The notes under the pieces: generated by a model | What the model was told of the DNA's origin: nothing | Database searches by the model: none | The model's input: only the letters and a program-made list of their open reading frames with translations | Assembly: GCF_001194135.2 (NCBI RefSeq) | Contig: NC_068984.1 | Span: 141,290,202 to 141,353,971, forward strand | Direction: 5' to 3' | Source: Octopus bimaculoides | Lineage: Eukaryota | DNA: 63,770 nucleotides | In this document: piece by piece, positions 39,185 through 51,051 of the stretch | How positions within the stretch are numbered: the stretch's first letter is position 1 | How the letters are laid out: every line of letters begins with the position of its first letter | Made by a program: the position numbers and the translations under genes

Positions 39185-39310
39185 GGAGATTGTATCAAAA
39201 GGTTCCTGAACTAGTTAGGTCACTGCTAGCTCTCACTGCGCATGTAACCATGTGTTGCCATCTGTTGGTGCGTTACAGAACTAGTCCAGGAACTTTTTGG
39301 TACCACTTCA
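39185..39310. mobile_element. 126-bp minimal MITE of the 6422-7316 mariner family
   Basis: The left TIR is fused directly to the subterminal region and TIR of the other end; TA at 39183-84 and 39311-12. It lies about 300 bp upstream of the exon. Confidence 0.85.
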
Positions 39311-39606
39311 TAAAAACCAGGACATTGATATTTTTGGCCCAGAGCTAAAGGTACTGTACAGTGGGACTGAACCTGAAACTGTGAGATTTCAAAATGAACT
39401 TAACCGCATAGCGTTTCCCATACCTAAAGTTTAATATTTTGGTAGAAAAATTGATTTTTTTTTTTAACCCAACAAACTGCAATTACAGGAAGTAAGATCC
39501 AAAAGATCCAAATTCTCCTTCAGTATTCTCCAATTGTCATTGTTACAGACCTACTTTTCGTTTTTTCATTCATCATTGATTTGGTTTTGCTTTTGTTTCA
39601 TTGCAG

Positions 39607-39751
39607 ACATTTCAAAAAATCGTTTCACAGAAATTCCAGAAGAAATTGGAGAGTATGCGTCATTAGAAAGATTAAATTGTTACCATAATTTGATCCGGTC
39701 TATTCCAGAAAATGTGGGCCATTTACAAGTATTAACACATCTCAATTTGAG
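39607..39751 (+). CDS. LRCH: Internal coding exon of an LRCH-family gene (leucine-rich repeat and calponin homology domain protein), N-terminal LRR region
   Basis: Polypyrimidine tract and ttgcAG acceptor (39605-39606); GT donor AG|gtaatt (39752). The exon enters in phase 1, exits in phase 2 and encodes (D)ISKNRFTEIPEEIGEYASLERLNCYHNLIRSIPENVGHLQVLTHLNL(S/R). By eye this matches the LRCH stretch DLSRNRLSEIP...SLENLNLYQNCIRYIPEAILNLQALTFLNISRNQ as I recall it. No other exon was found in the window. Confidence 0.88.
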
Positions 39752-40032
39752 GTAATTACCATTTTCTCATTATTCCTTTATTTGAAGTACCGTATCTCAG
39801 ACTTTCGTGGCTCAGTGCCCTTTTGCTCAGTAGGGTTTCACAAATACCTTCTTTACTGCTGCTGTGGAATAGTGCCTCTGTATTAAATTTTTATGGGAAT
39901 TACTAAAGAATGTGAAGAGTTATTCAATGAAGTTGTTGTATTGAACTGTTGATGTATCATCAGTTATGTTGCTGCTCAGCAATAACACAAATGCTCAGCA
40001 TCATCATCATCATTAGATAATAATTATTATTA

Positions 40033-40730
40033 GAAAGGCGGCAAACTGGCAGAAACATTAGCACGCCGGGCGATATGCTTAGCAGTTTTTCATCTGTCTT
40101 TATGTTCTGAGTTCAAACTCCGCCAAGGTCGACTTTGCTTTCATCATTTTGGGGTCGATGAATTAAGTACCAGCTGCGTACTGGGGTAGATATAATCGAC
40201 TGCCCCCTCCCTTCCTCAAAAATTTCAGGCCTTGTACCTAGAGTAGAAAAGATTATTATTATTAGAGCTGGCAGAATTGTTAGCTTACTGGACAGAATGC
40301 TTAGTAACATTTTGTCTGTCCTTATGTTCTGAGTTCAAATTCCACCAAGGTCGACTTTGCCTTTCGTCCTTTCAGGGTCGATAAATTAAGTACCAGTGAA
40401 GCACTGGGGTCAATATAACCGACTAGTCCCCTCCCCACAAATTTGAGGCCTTGTCTCTAAAGTAGAAAAGATTATTATTATTAAAAAAGCAGTACGCTGG
40501 CAGACTCGCTTAGCATACTAGACAAAATGCTTAGCAGTATTTTGCCTGTCACAACAAGCTGGCACAACCGTTATCATTCCATACAAAATGCTTAACAGCA
40601 TGCCTTCCAGTTTTCTGTCCTGAGTTCAAATTCCGCCAAGGTCAACTTCACTTTTCATTGTTTCAGAATCGAAAAACTAATTGCCTGTTAAGTACTGGGA
40701 TCGATGTAATTGACTAATTCCCTCCAATAA
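40033..40730 (+). mobile_element. Chain of 3-4 SINE B copies joined at (ATT)n tails, about 280 bp downstream of the exon
   Basis: gtagaaaagattattatta junctions, each followed by a new gctggcag head. Confidence 0.88.
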
Positions 40731-41067
40731 TTATTATGTATTCGGATCATGACAAACAAATGAAATATCTTAACAAGGCCAGGTGGTTAAGAAGTTGGTT
40801 TTGGCAGTTTTTAACCACCAGTTGCTCAATGCTTTGTAGCTAGGTATGTATAGGGTGTTTGTTGTTCAATAGACATAGGAAGATGTTACCTTCCTTAGAC
40901 AGACAAGAGTTGGCAATGGGAAGAGGTACCAATTGAAGAAGTAGCTGTCTCTATAAAGTGTCGTTGATAATCTATCTCATATTGGCACAGAATCGAACAC
41001 TTCAAATTGAGGAGGAGAGTGAGAGAGAGAGTGACAGCGAGGCGCATGCACGCACACACACACACAT

Positions 41068-41108
<41 letters not shown>

Positions 41109-42049
41109 GTCTGTAAGTGGTCATTTTGACCTGTCAGGAATAGCAACTAAATTACCTACAAATCAATACTGCATAGTCTTAAAAGAGGTTGGAAACCATT
41201 AGATTATGTCAATGAAATTAGCTTTAAAAAAATAGTGGGGGGCATGGCTAGATTGCCTTTAACCAGGGATCTGCTTGATTAAAGTTGACTTGAGCTTAAC
41301 AGCAACTTAGCATTTCTTGTCTGTTGATTTTAGGGAGATGCTGTTTGAATAAGAATATTATTACTATCTAATTAAACTCTATTATTAATGATGAAACATC
41401 TAATGATGTTTGGCTAAATTAACCGGAATGTTTACAAATTAAATCCCCAAACCTGGATTCTCCAACAAAATAGAAATGTCACTGGGTCATGTCTTTTATT
41501 GAATGGTTTTTGTTTTGTTTTAATTTAATTTGTAAAGTTTTGTTAAATACTTCAAAATTAAGCTGATTATTGTTTAAACCCCAGGCCTGCTCTAATTAAA
41601 TTAGAACTACGATCAAAGTTATTCTAACTGAAACCATCCTGTTTTTTTTTTTTTCATTGGCACAGTGTACCCAGGACACACATACTCTCCAATGTGTTCT
41701 CTTTTTCTGAGTTTATTGGATGTGATTTGAAGGAAATTTAGGTTACTATTTTTAGCAGATCAAATAATCATTTAGAGGCTTTCTTTATTGGCTTGAGGCT
41801 ATTTAGTGAGATTTCAAAGTAGGCCCAAGGTTACGAGAATGAAACTGAATTAGATTAGAATTTAGAAAATTTGGTGTCTGGACTCATTATCCAATCAATG
41901 ATGGCCATTGTAAAACTGACAAAGATTGGTAATAACTTCTACTGAAAAACTTTAACTATGGAATCAATTACAATGTGATCGAAATCACATTACAATCGAA
42001 ATTGTAATTGAACCATATTGGATGACTGGCACTTGTGCCAGTGGAGCAC

Positions 42050-42285
42050 TAACACCATTTTGAGCGTGGTCATTGCCAGTACCGCTTGACTGGCCCTTGT
42101 GCTGGTGGCACGTAAAAACACCCACTACACTCTCGGAGTGGTTGGCATTAGGAAGAGCATCCAGCTGTAGAAACTCTGCCAGATCAGATTGGAGCCTGGT
42201 GCAGCCATCTGGTTCCTCAGTTAAATCGTCCAACCCATGCTAGCATGGAGAGCAGGCATTAAACGAGACGATGATGATGATGATA
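42050..42285 (+). mobile_element. RTE 3' UTR copy
   Basis: ggtggcacgtaaaaacacccactacactctcggagtggttggcattaggaag...aaacgagacgatgatgatg. Confidence 0.88.
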
Positions 42286-42990
42286 ACGATCATCGCAATT
42301 AAATTAGGTATTGTCACCATTGACACCGCCCTCTCCCTTTTGTTGTCGCTAACCTTACTCTGACAATTGATGGTCTCATTTTTTTTTTCTCGAATCTTAA
42401 AATACAATCATCATTATATTTAACAGCACAATAAGCTTTCCCTTACATTTTGCTGTTCAGTTTAATTATCCAGGAATTTCAATGTATATTATAAAGGGTC
42501 GTCAGAGTAAACTATAGACGTATGTGTGACAGCATCTATTGTTAATTTGTGTGCAGTCACCTGACTGTATATATACAGCTAGGTCAGCTTTTGTTTCTCG
42601 TTAACAGAATGAATGAAATCACATCCACTGTAGTCATCTGCCCACTTAATTAAGGCCAACACACTACTTAAATCCAATATACGGGGGTGGGCAAAAGTAG
42701 GTATACAATTTTTTTAGTATGAGTGGAATGTTTTTTTTTCTTTTCTCTATTTTTTTTTTAAACCCAAACAATTCATAAGTTGATTAAAGGGTCTGTAGAG
42801 GATGATGCTTAGTTCATTGGAAGCCCCTCTTTTTTTGATTTCTAGGGAAGCCCTCTTTTTTGATTTCTATACTTACCTTCGCCTACCCCTCTGTACATAC
42901 ACACAGGTTGTATATAATGTATATAGATGGTACATGCAGTCTACATACAGCATAGATAGAAGGGAGATGTGAGATAGGAAGAACGGTAAT

Positions 42991-43096
42991 GTAGGGGAGG
43001 GAGGTGGGGGTATGCGAGGTGTAGGGGAGGGAGGTGGGGGTATGCGAGGTGTAGGGAAGGGAGACGGGGGTATGTGAGGTGTAGGGGGAAGGGAGG
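42991..43096 (+). repeat. 30-bp G-rich tandem repeat (about 3.5 units)
   Basis: Unit gtaggggagggaggtgggggtatgcgaggt starting at 42991, 43021, 43051 and 43081. Confidence 0.9.
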
Positions 43097-43477
43097 CTTG
43101 CTAGGTAACATACAAGATGTATACAGCAAAGAATGGGATTCAAGACTGGACATGGCTGGTAAACAGTACATGTGAGGTGCATAAAAATACAGACTCTAAT
43201 ATGTTATAGTTGTGTAACATCTATTTTAGTATTTAGNNNNNNNNNNNNNNNNNNNNNNNNNCACCACCACCACCACCACCACCACGACCACCACCACCAC
43301 TGCTTCCACTGTCGTCATTTGTCCACCTAATTATAATGTCAGTGGCCTCTGTTGTGAATGTCTTTCTTTAATTATTTTCAGATGTTAGCAATTGTGTGAA
43401 CATCACGCCACATTCTTCTGAAATACGAATCATAAGAAATTTATGGCAATGAATTAGCAGAATCATGAGATTCTGGT

Positions 43478-43664
43478 GCTGGTGCCACATTAAAAACACT
43501 GGTACTGGTGCCACTTTAAAAGCACTGGTGCCGCATTAAAAGCACTGATGCTACATTAAAAGCACTGGTGCCACATTAAAAGTGCTTGTGTCACATTAAA
43601 AGTGTTGGTACCACATTAAAAGCACTGGTGCCACATTAAAAGCACTGATGCCACATTCAAAGCA
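43478..43664 (+). repeat. 20-bp minisatellite (about 9 units)
   Basis: Unit aaaagcactggtgccacatt. Confidence 0.9.
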
Positions 43665-44518
43665 GAAGATATTATTGGTATAAATCAACAGATTATCAAA
43701 CTTAACAACTTGTATTTAGTTCCTCAAATTTGTGGATCTGTGCCTGTTTTAGAAATCATCCTTGCTAATTATTGTTCTTTATGCTAGTACAGTTTGCAAA
43801 ATAGTTTAACCACTTTTTTTTTAATGCAATCCCTAATAATATTTGATTATAAAAAGATATGACTTTTTAAAACTTGGGATGGCTAGGCGGGTCCATCTGA
43901 GTGAAATAGGAATCAAAGAGATCCAAAATATAGTTGCGAAACACTGATCTATGATGTATGGTTTTGGGGTTATTAGAACTCTTTTCAACAATTACTTGGG
44001 TTCTTTCAGGTGTAAATCCTTTCATAAAAGTTGGGTGGATATATGATATATATATCACAATACTACTGTATGTGTCTGTCTTATTTTTTGTGTGTGTGTT
44101 TCTGCCTGTCAGTCTCTTGTGTGCTTGTCTGTCTGACACTGTGTCAATACGTGCATGTCCTGTTTTGTCTTTGTGTGTTTGCAGTCTGTGTGCACTTCTG
44201 TGTGTCTGTATGAGATTTTGTGTGTATATCTGACTTTCTATATCTCTCCAAATTGAATGTGATTGTGAGATAAGAAATTACCGTATAGTCAAGGAGGTGT
44301 GTACTTCTGCTAACCTCAGTATCCAATGTCAGCTACACAAGTGAAATTAGAGTGTTTAGTTCTTGGCTAATGTTAGCTGGGTTGCTGAGTACAAAGACAA
44401 AACACAACCTATGTACAATGAAGTGGAGTTAATAAGTTCTAGTGGTGGCCATGGAAAAGTCAAAAGATGGCCTTGTAGTGGTTTAATAAACTTCTTCTCT
44501 TACATTTGAGAAGCAGAA

Positions 44519-44557
<39 letters not shown>

Positions 44558-45300
44558 TACACACACTGCAGTCTGTGGCCTCATTTTGGCTTAATTTATT
44601 CTTTTACTTGTTTCAGTCATTTGACTGTGGCCATGATGCAGCACCGCCTTTAGTCGAACAAATTGACCCCAGGACTTTCTCGTCATAGTACTTATTCTAT
44701 CAGTTCATTTTGCTGAACCACTAAGTTACGGGGACATAAACACATCAATTAAGAGAATTAGGTGAAAAAAGTCATTGGCATGAATTTATATAAAGCGCTC
44801 ATTGCCATACACAGTTCTTTATTGAAATTTCTGTTTGATTTGGAAAACATTAATTAGTGGTTACAGAAGAGCAACGAACTCATCGTTAAGATTTCAACAA
44901 CATATGTCTTGCTTACTTGGTTCACAATTTACCTAAGTACAACACCTTCTCTCCTAAATTAGGGATAAATGTCATTCTGTTCTAATTAACTCTTTTACTG
45001 TAAAAATCTGACATATCCAATCAAAATTTCATTATCCTTAACTGTGGAAAGCAGTTTTATAAACCAATCTGTTTTTTTTTATTGTTGTTGTTGAGGAATG
45101 CCATGTTTGAAATTACTTTTTCTTGTGAAGCATCAAGTACTTTGAAGCAGTGTCACTTACAGAAAATACCAGTTCTATTTTTTCAGCAGCTATTTAACTT
45201 CATTACTGGTATAACTATGGAATTTTACCTTTGCAGCAGACTTACCAGTTCCCTTGGAATTCTTTAAATTAATCTGTGTGGAATTAAGATCTTTACCTTG

Positions 45301-45370
45301 ATGTCTGACATGGCAAGATTCTTCCATCTTGATTTTATGTCTGACATGGCAAGATTCTTCCATCTTGATT
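45301..45370 (+). repeat. Exact tandem duplication of 34 bp (period 36)
   Basis: atgtctgacatggcaagattcttccatcttgatt at 45301 and 45337. Confidence 0.9.
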
Positions 45371-46554
45371 AATTAACCCAAATATTACAAACAAATTAAT
45401 TAATATAAACAAAATTACACTGCATACATTTATAAACACCATTTTGATATACATATTCACTCAGACATTCATATGTAGATATAAAGCAAATATTATAAGC
45501 TGTACCTTTTTTTTTGATAACTATAAAATTCTAGCCTCTGTGCAAAGTGGAGAAAATGGTTACACCAACAACAGTCACAGTTACTTTGGAGAATCTGGAG
45601 ATTTATTGACAAGTACAATAGTGTTCTTGGAATAGTTTTAAACAATAGAAAAGCTCAGTCACAACAGTTTGTAGTAATTGTATCTGTGTCTCTTCTTTAT
45701 GATCCATTCACATCCATAATGCATGATGAGAGGTTGAGACAAGAACTGCTTTTGTTCAGCAGATTTAATTTCATGTGGTCTGTTTTATTTCCTCAACATG
45801 AATTTCAGAACATGTCATGTTGAGCTCCACATCTGAATACAGATTGTTCACCTTGGCAACCATCCACAAAGCCTTGAATAATGTTCCCTTTAGCAATTAA
45901 TCCATCTTAAAAGATGCTTCTAATTTCTCCTGTGGCCTTTTGAGGCTGACTGTTTTAGCTGATTGGGCAGCTGTGTGAAATGGATACTAAGAACCCTTCA
46001 CTATGGTTATTTCACTGCACCGTGTTGATGTAAGATTCACAGAATCACACACACACACGCATGCACACACATGCATTTTTTCATCTTTGGTTACTGAGAA
46101 TTCTTCTTCTTAAGCAGGGTTGAAATGTTGACTCTCTTCTATCAGCTTACATGTTCTCATAGCAGACATAGTTGCTGAAATGTAAATAAGTATGGTTAAG
46201 TAACAACACTTGCAATAAATGTATAGCCACACTGAAATATTAATTGCGTGAGGGTAGTATAGGCTATTTAGAAAATTATGCACCATAAGGATAAGGCTGT
46301 AGTTTGTAGATGCAAGTGAATTTGATATCAAACTATTAATGAGTTAGTAACACTGTAATGGAGGCCACCTGCATGTAGTGGTTGAAGGTTCTGTGCTGTG
46401 TGCGCATATCATTTAAATCAGTGGTTTTCGAATAGGGTCCATATAAGATTTTTCTGTTAAAAAATTATATGTAATAAACTGGTTATAAGCTATGCCTTAT
46501 GCCCATGGGCACATGGCATAGTGGTTAAGAGCACGAACTACTAACACCAAGTAT

Positions 46555-46791
46555 TCCGCTCTTAAAAATTAAGTTTAAAAAAAAAACGGAAAAATAATCC
46601 AGAATCCTTGTCCACTACTGGATTGATCCCAAAATCTAATCAGTTCATGCCAGTCATAAGGACAAACATCCCTGAAAATTTCATCTGAATCCATCCAGCT
46701 GTTCTTGAGATATATCTTGTCCATGGACAAACAAACAAACAAACAAACACGACTGAAAACAATACCTCCACCTTCGCTAAGGCGGAGGTAG
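46555..46791 (+). mobile_element. 3' part of the same HINE-like element with a better-preserved terminal hairpin
   Basis: tacctccacctt-cgct-aaggcggaggta (11 of 12 pairs) at 46763-46790; body matches 21115-21326. Confidence 0.6.
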
Positions 46792-46811
46792 TAGTAGTAG
46801 TAGTAATAATA

Positions 46812-47230
46812 ATTCTTTCTACTATAGGCACAAGGCCTGAAATTTTGGGGAAGGGGACTAGTCGATTACATCAACCCCAGTGTTTCACTGGTACCTAATT
46901 TATCAATCCTGAAAGGATTACAGGCAAAGTGGACCTCAGAGGAATTTGAATTCAGGAGGTGAGGTTAGTTGATGTCATTTTGACTCTAGTATTAGAATGG
47001 TACCTTCCCCCCCCNNNNNNNNNNNNNNNNNNNNNNNNNNNNNNNNNATCCGATGAAAGGTAGAGTGTTGACTGTGACAGGATTTGAACTCAGAAGGTAG
47101 AGAGCTTGAAGAAATACTACAAAACATTTTCCTGGTATTTCTTCTGAGTTGGGGGTCAATAAAATAAAGCCCCCGTAGAGTAACCAACCACTCCCCAAAA
47201 GTTTCTGATTTGGTGCCCATTTTGGAAACC
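46812..47230. mobile_element. SINE B fragments in both orientations around a gap
   Basis: Family core motifs. Confidence 0.7.
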
Positions 47231-47785
47231 TTATTATTAAAGTTTTCTAAGCAAAACTGTGTTTAGAGACTACAGTTTGCATTTGATTCTTGTTTGATAC
47301 AAGTTTGCCTTCTTGGCAATCCTAACACTTGTAAGAAAGGCATGAACGCCACAGCCTCATAATTTATTTTCTAATTAGAACCTTCATGCCTTTTCAAAAG
47401 GCAGCCAATATAATTGTTATTGTAACTGTCCTGTGGCAGCAAGTATATAATCCATTTAGCAAATCCACTGAGACACAAATTTATAGGGAAGAGGTATTGT
47501 TAATTAAATTGAACCAGGAGGGATGCAAGGTGAAGTTTAACCCCTGGGCTATCTGCAGCCAGAACATAAATGGACATGACTAAATATGGCCAGGCATTTA
47601 TTAAGCCCAACAATCTACTTTCTTTCTTTCCTCTACCCACCACTCTTAATCCAATTACCAATAATATTCATATGACGATTAAGCTCTTATATCCAGACAT
47701 TTTGTCTACTAATTAAGGCATCACCGATGGATAATTTTGAGGTTGGTTTGTCTAATTGACTTGAACATAAATGTCATCACACTCT

Positions 47786-47834
<49 letters not shown>

Positions 47835-48204
47835 CCCTTTTAGCCATCCGTTCATCTGGTCATTTATTTATCTATTTACTTAAAGTTCTGGCTAATAAAC
47901 TGTTTATTGATGTTTAACATAATCCTCTTAAAAGTTCACCTTCAATTAATTCTGAGTCAGTCTCCAGACATTTTAGCAAAGCATTTCTATGATTGATATG
48001 CTGGTTAGTTTCATCATTCATTAATATTCCTTGGGTGTTTTCCATATTTGAAATTTCTTCCTAAAGAGATCTGACACTTATACATATTCCATTAAACTTT
48101 TGAATAAAGCACACAGCTACAATTTCTATATTGGTCTTGGGCAAGTGTTTTCTACTGTAACTTCCGGCCAACCAAAGCCTTGTGAGTGGATTTGGTAGAC
48201 AGAG

Positions 48205-48238
<34 letters not shown>

Positions 48239-48559
48239 AGATCCTCTTCATTTAACATCTGCCTTCTATGCTGGCATGGGTTGGATGCTTTAATAGAGTC
48301 TGATGAGCTTAGAGGTCTGCATTGAGTTATAATGTCTGCTTTGGCATAGTTTCTATGGCTGGCAACCATTCCTAATACTATTTTACTGATTGTACTGGGT
48401 GCTTTTCTTGTGGCACTGGCACCAGTGACATCACCAAGTAACACACAAGACTAAATCCCCTTGACAGAGACCTTTACATCAACTAACAATAAGTTTTAAA
48501 CTATTAACTACATATTCCAGATTGCTTTCTTCACTTCATTTTCGTTCCTTACAAATTAT

Positions 48560-48897
48560 CAAACCTCTTCCGCCATATTTTCACGGGCAGGTGAACCCTA
48601 TAAATATTTCTTTTCAGGTGTAATATCCCAATAGTTATCAATTTCTACACCTTTCTAACACCTTTTGCAGATTTTCTGTTCTTCCTTATTTTATTCGAGA
48701 ATCCTTGCCTCATATCTCATTACTGATATCACTCATAGATTTCTTGCTAATATCATGCTTCTTCTGCCATTTAATTTTGTCTTTCACGCCAGCTTTAGTT
48801 TTCTCTGAAATATATTTTTTCAAATAGTTCTTTCCTTTCAATCTCTTTGATCTTGTCAGCTTCTAGTGTTCCTAAATACTTGTATCCATTTTCTTCA
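48560..48897 (-). mobile_element. Decayed R4/Dong-clade non-LTR retrotransposon fragment (end of RT and thumb region)
   Basis: EENGYKYLGTLEADKIKEIERKELFEKIYF, then (frameshift) RKLKLA*KTKLNGRRSMILARNL*VISVMRYEARILE, then a decayed HPKSDIDRLYLPRKxGGRGL-like segment. Confidence 0.75.
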
Positions 48898-49157
48898 GCG
48901 TCCTTCATTACTTCTCCAAATGGTAACACTAATCCATCAACTGACATCATTTTTTTCTTCTTTTCTTATGATGATGATGATGATGGATAATTTTGAGGTT
49001 GGTACTTGGGTGTTAAATATCTTGGAAGAAAACCCTGTGAATCCTTTGTTGTTGTCTGCTCTTACAGAATTAGCTGGAGCAAGTGAAATGAGAGAGCTGA
49101 GAAGCAAAATAATGATAATAATAATTAATAATAATAATAATAATTGATAATAATTAA

Positions 49158-49384
49158 TAATAATAATAATCCTTTCTACTGGAAGTACAAGGCCTCAAAT
49201 TTGGGGCAAGGGATTAAGTCGATTACATTGACCCCAGTACGTAACTGGTACTTATTTAATCGACTCTGAAAGGATGAAAGGCAAAGTCAACCTCGGCAGA
49301 ATTTGAACTTAGAACATGAAGACGGATGAAATACTGCAAAGTATTTTGCCAGGCGAGCTAACAGTTCTGCCAGCTCGCTGCCTA
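49158..49384 (-). mobile_element. SINE B copy flanked by (TAA)n
   Basis: Complete head-to-tail family match. Confidence 0.88.
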
Positions 49385-49416
<32 letters not shown>

Positions 49417-49829
49417 GTCCTGATGCAGTACCAGGCTGTAACTCTCATGGCTTCTGATCTTAACTGATTGGATGTATGTACATGTTTTGTCTTGGTGTAA
49501 AAGATGGGCTACAGATTTGCTTGACCAAAACCAGTGGAGCATGTCTCTTAGGAGCTGACAATATGTACATCTCTGACCATGAGCAGGAGTATTGAGGGAG
49601 CATCATCCTTAAACAAAACCTTATTCAGGGACCTTTTGAGCAGGATTGGCTACTTGGCCTGAAGAAAATTCCAACTGGTTGTGATGCGTGTGCCTGGTGT
49701 ACCCTTATCAGACGGGTAGTCATGATGGGTATACTGGGCTTCGTATAATTTGTACCTGAGTATCACTTTGATGGCATGTGTTGCTTTCTCACTCATTATT
49801 ATTTCCTCCACCTTAGTGAAGGTAATAAT

Positions 49830-50400
49830 ACATACATACATACATACATGCATGCACACACACATTTACGCACACATTCATGTATTTGCATGTATTCATG
49901 TACATGCACACATTCACGTACACGCATTCACATGCACACACGTATTCATGTACATGCACACATTCACATACACATTCATGCACACATTCACATACACATT
50001 CATGCACACACACATACACTCACATACACGTACACATTCATGTACGTGCATGCATTCATATACATGCACACATTTACATACACGCATTCACATTCATGCA
50101 CATGCACACATTCACATACACCACATTCATGTGCATGTACACATTCATGTACACATTCATGCACACATTCACATACACATGTGCGCATTCACGTACATGC
50201 ACACACCCATGCACATGTTGATATAGATGCAGGCATTCACATGTCCTCTCACATTCAAATATACATTAACAGTTGTGTAAATGCATGCACATTTTCTCCA
50301 CATTGAACAGATGCATTCATGCATATTCATAACCACATGCACCAAGACATGCACATGCATAACATTCTCACACAGCCGCACTCGTACATTCGAAACTGTT
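49830..50400. repeat. Compound cryptic microsatellite built from CA, CAT and CACATT motifs
   Basis: Recurrent cacattca(c/t)/tgcaca motifs; source of the spurious His/Thr ORFs. Confidence 0.9.
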
Positions 50401-50970
50401 TAAGCATCAAATCCGGATTCTCATCACGAGAACAATGGTGGGTAGCAGTGATGTTCATCTGGCTTTCCACCCAATTTGGTGATTATAAGGGAAACAGCTG
50501 CAGCTGAGAATTGAAATCAGCTAGCAGATCCTCTTTGCCAATCGTGTATCAATACATCAAAGGTGTTTTACCACCACCACCACCACCACCACTACCACTA
50601 CCACCATCTCCTTCCCCATAATGTGTATGTATGTTGTGAATGACTGCATGCATGTGTCCGTACACACACACAAAAGAGGAAACGTGTGTATGTATGTATA
50701 TATATCACATCAACACATACAGAAATCACACGTTATCAGACCATTGAGGGAGCCCCTACGTGGTTGCTTTATCTAATAGAAATAGCAGCTGAATCTCTCT
50801 CACACCTGTGTCCTAAAAAAGAACACAAGAAAATGTCAAGATGGTCATGGATGGTATGTCTTTGGTAATAGGTGTCTTGGGTCAACATGACCTGGGGCTA
50901 AACTGCAGCAACAAGTACACACATTGTAATGTGCTCTCTGTTACTCATGCACATCCTGTAGACATGCTCT

Positions 50971-51002
<32 letters not shown>

Positions 51003-51051
51003 TTTGTGCTTATGTCTCACATGCATGATATATTTGGTGTATTTGATTTGG

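Noticed and set aside
39534-39606. Upstream extension of the LRR ORF, and an alternative AG at 39547-39548
   Set aside because: This is the polypyrimidine tract of the intron. The upstream AG is in phase 0 against phase 1 for the real acceptor, so using it would shift the frame.
43382-43452. Possible further LRCH exon (ttttcAG, then DVSNC...)
   Set aside because: The similarity to DVSCN stops after a few residues, there is no LRR pattern, and a stop codon follows without a good donor site.
43478-43664. CRISPR-like array
   Set aside because: The repeats are contiguous with no unique spacers, the context is eukaryotic and there are no cas genes.
49750-50381. Long His/Thr/Cys/Val-rich ORFs, and likewise those at 57681-58191, 62156-62646, 2963-3576 and all ORFs crossing N-runs
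   Set aside because: They are translations of microsatellites or gaps, open in several frames on both strands, with no splice or domain evidence.
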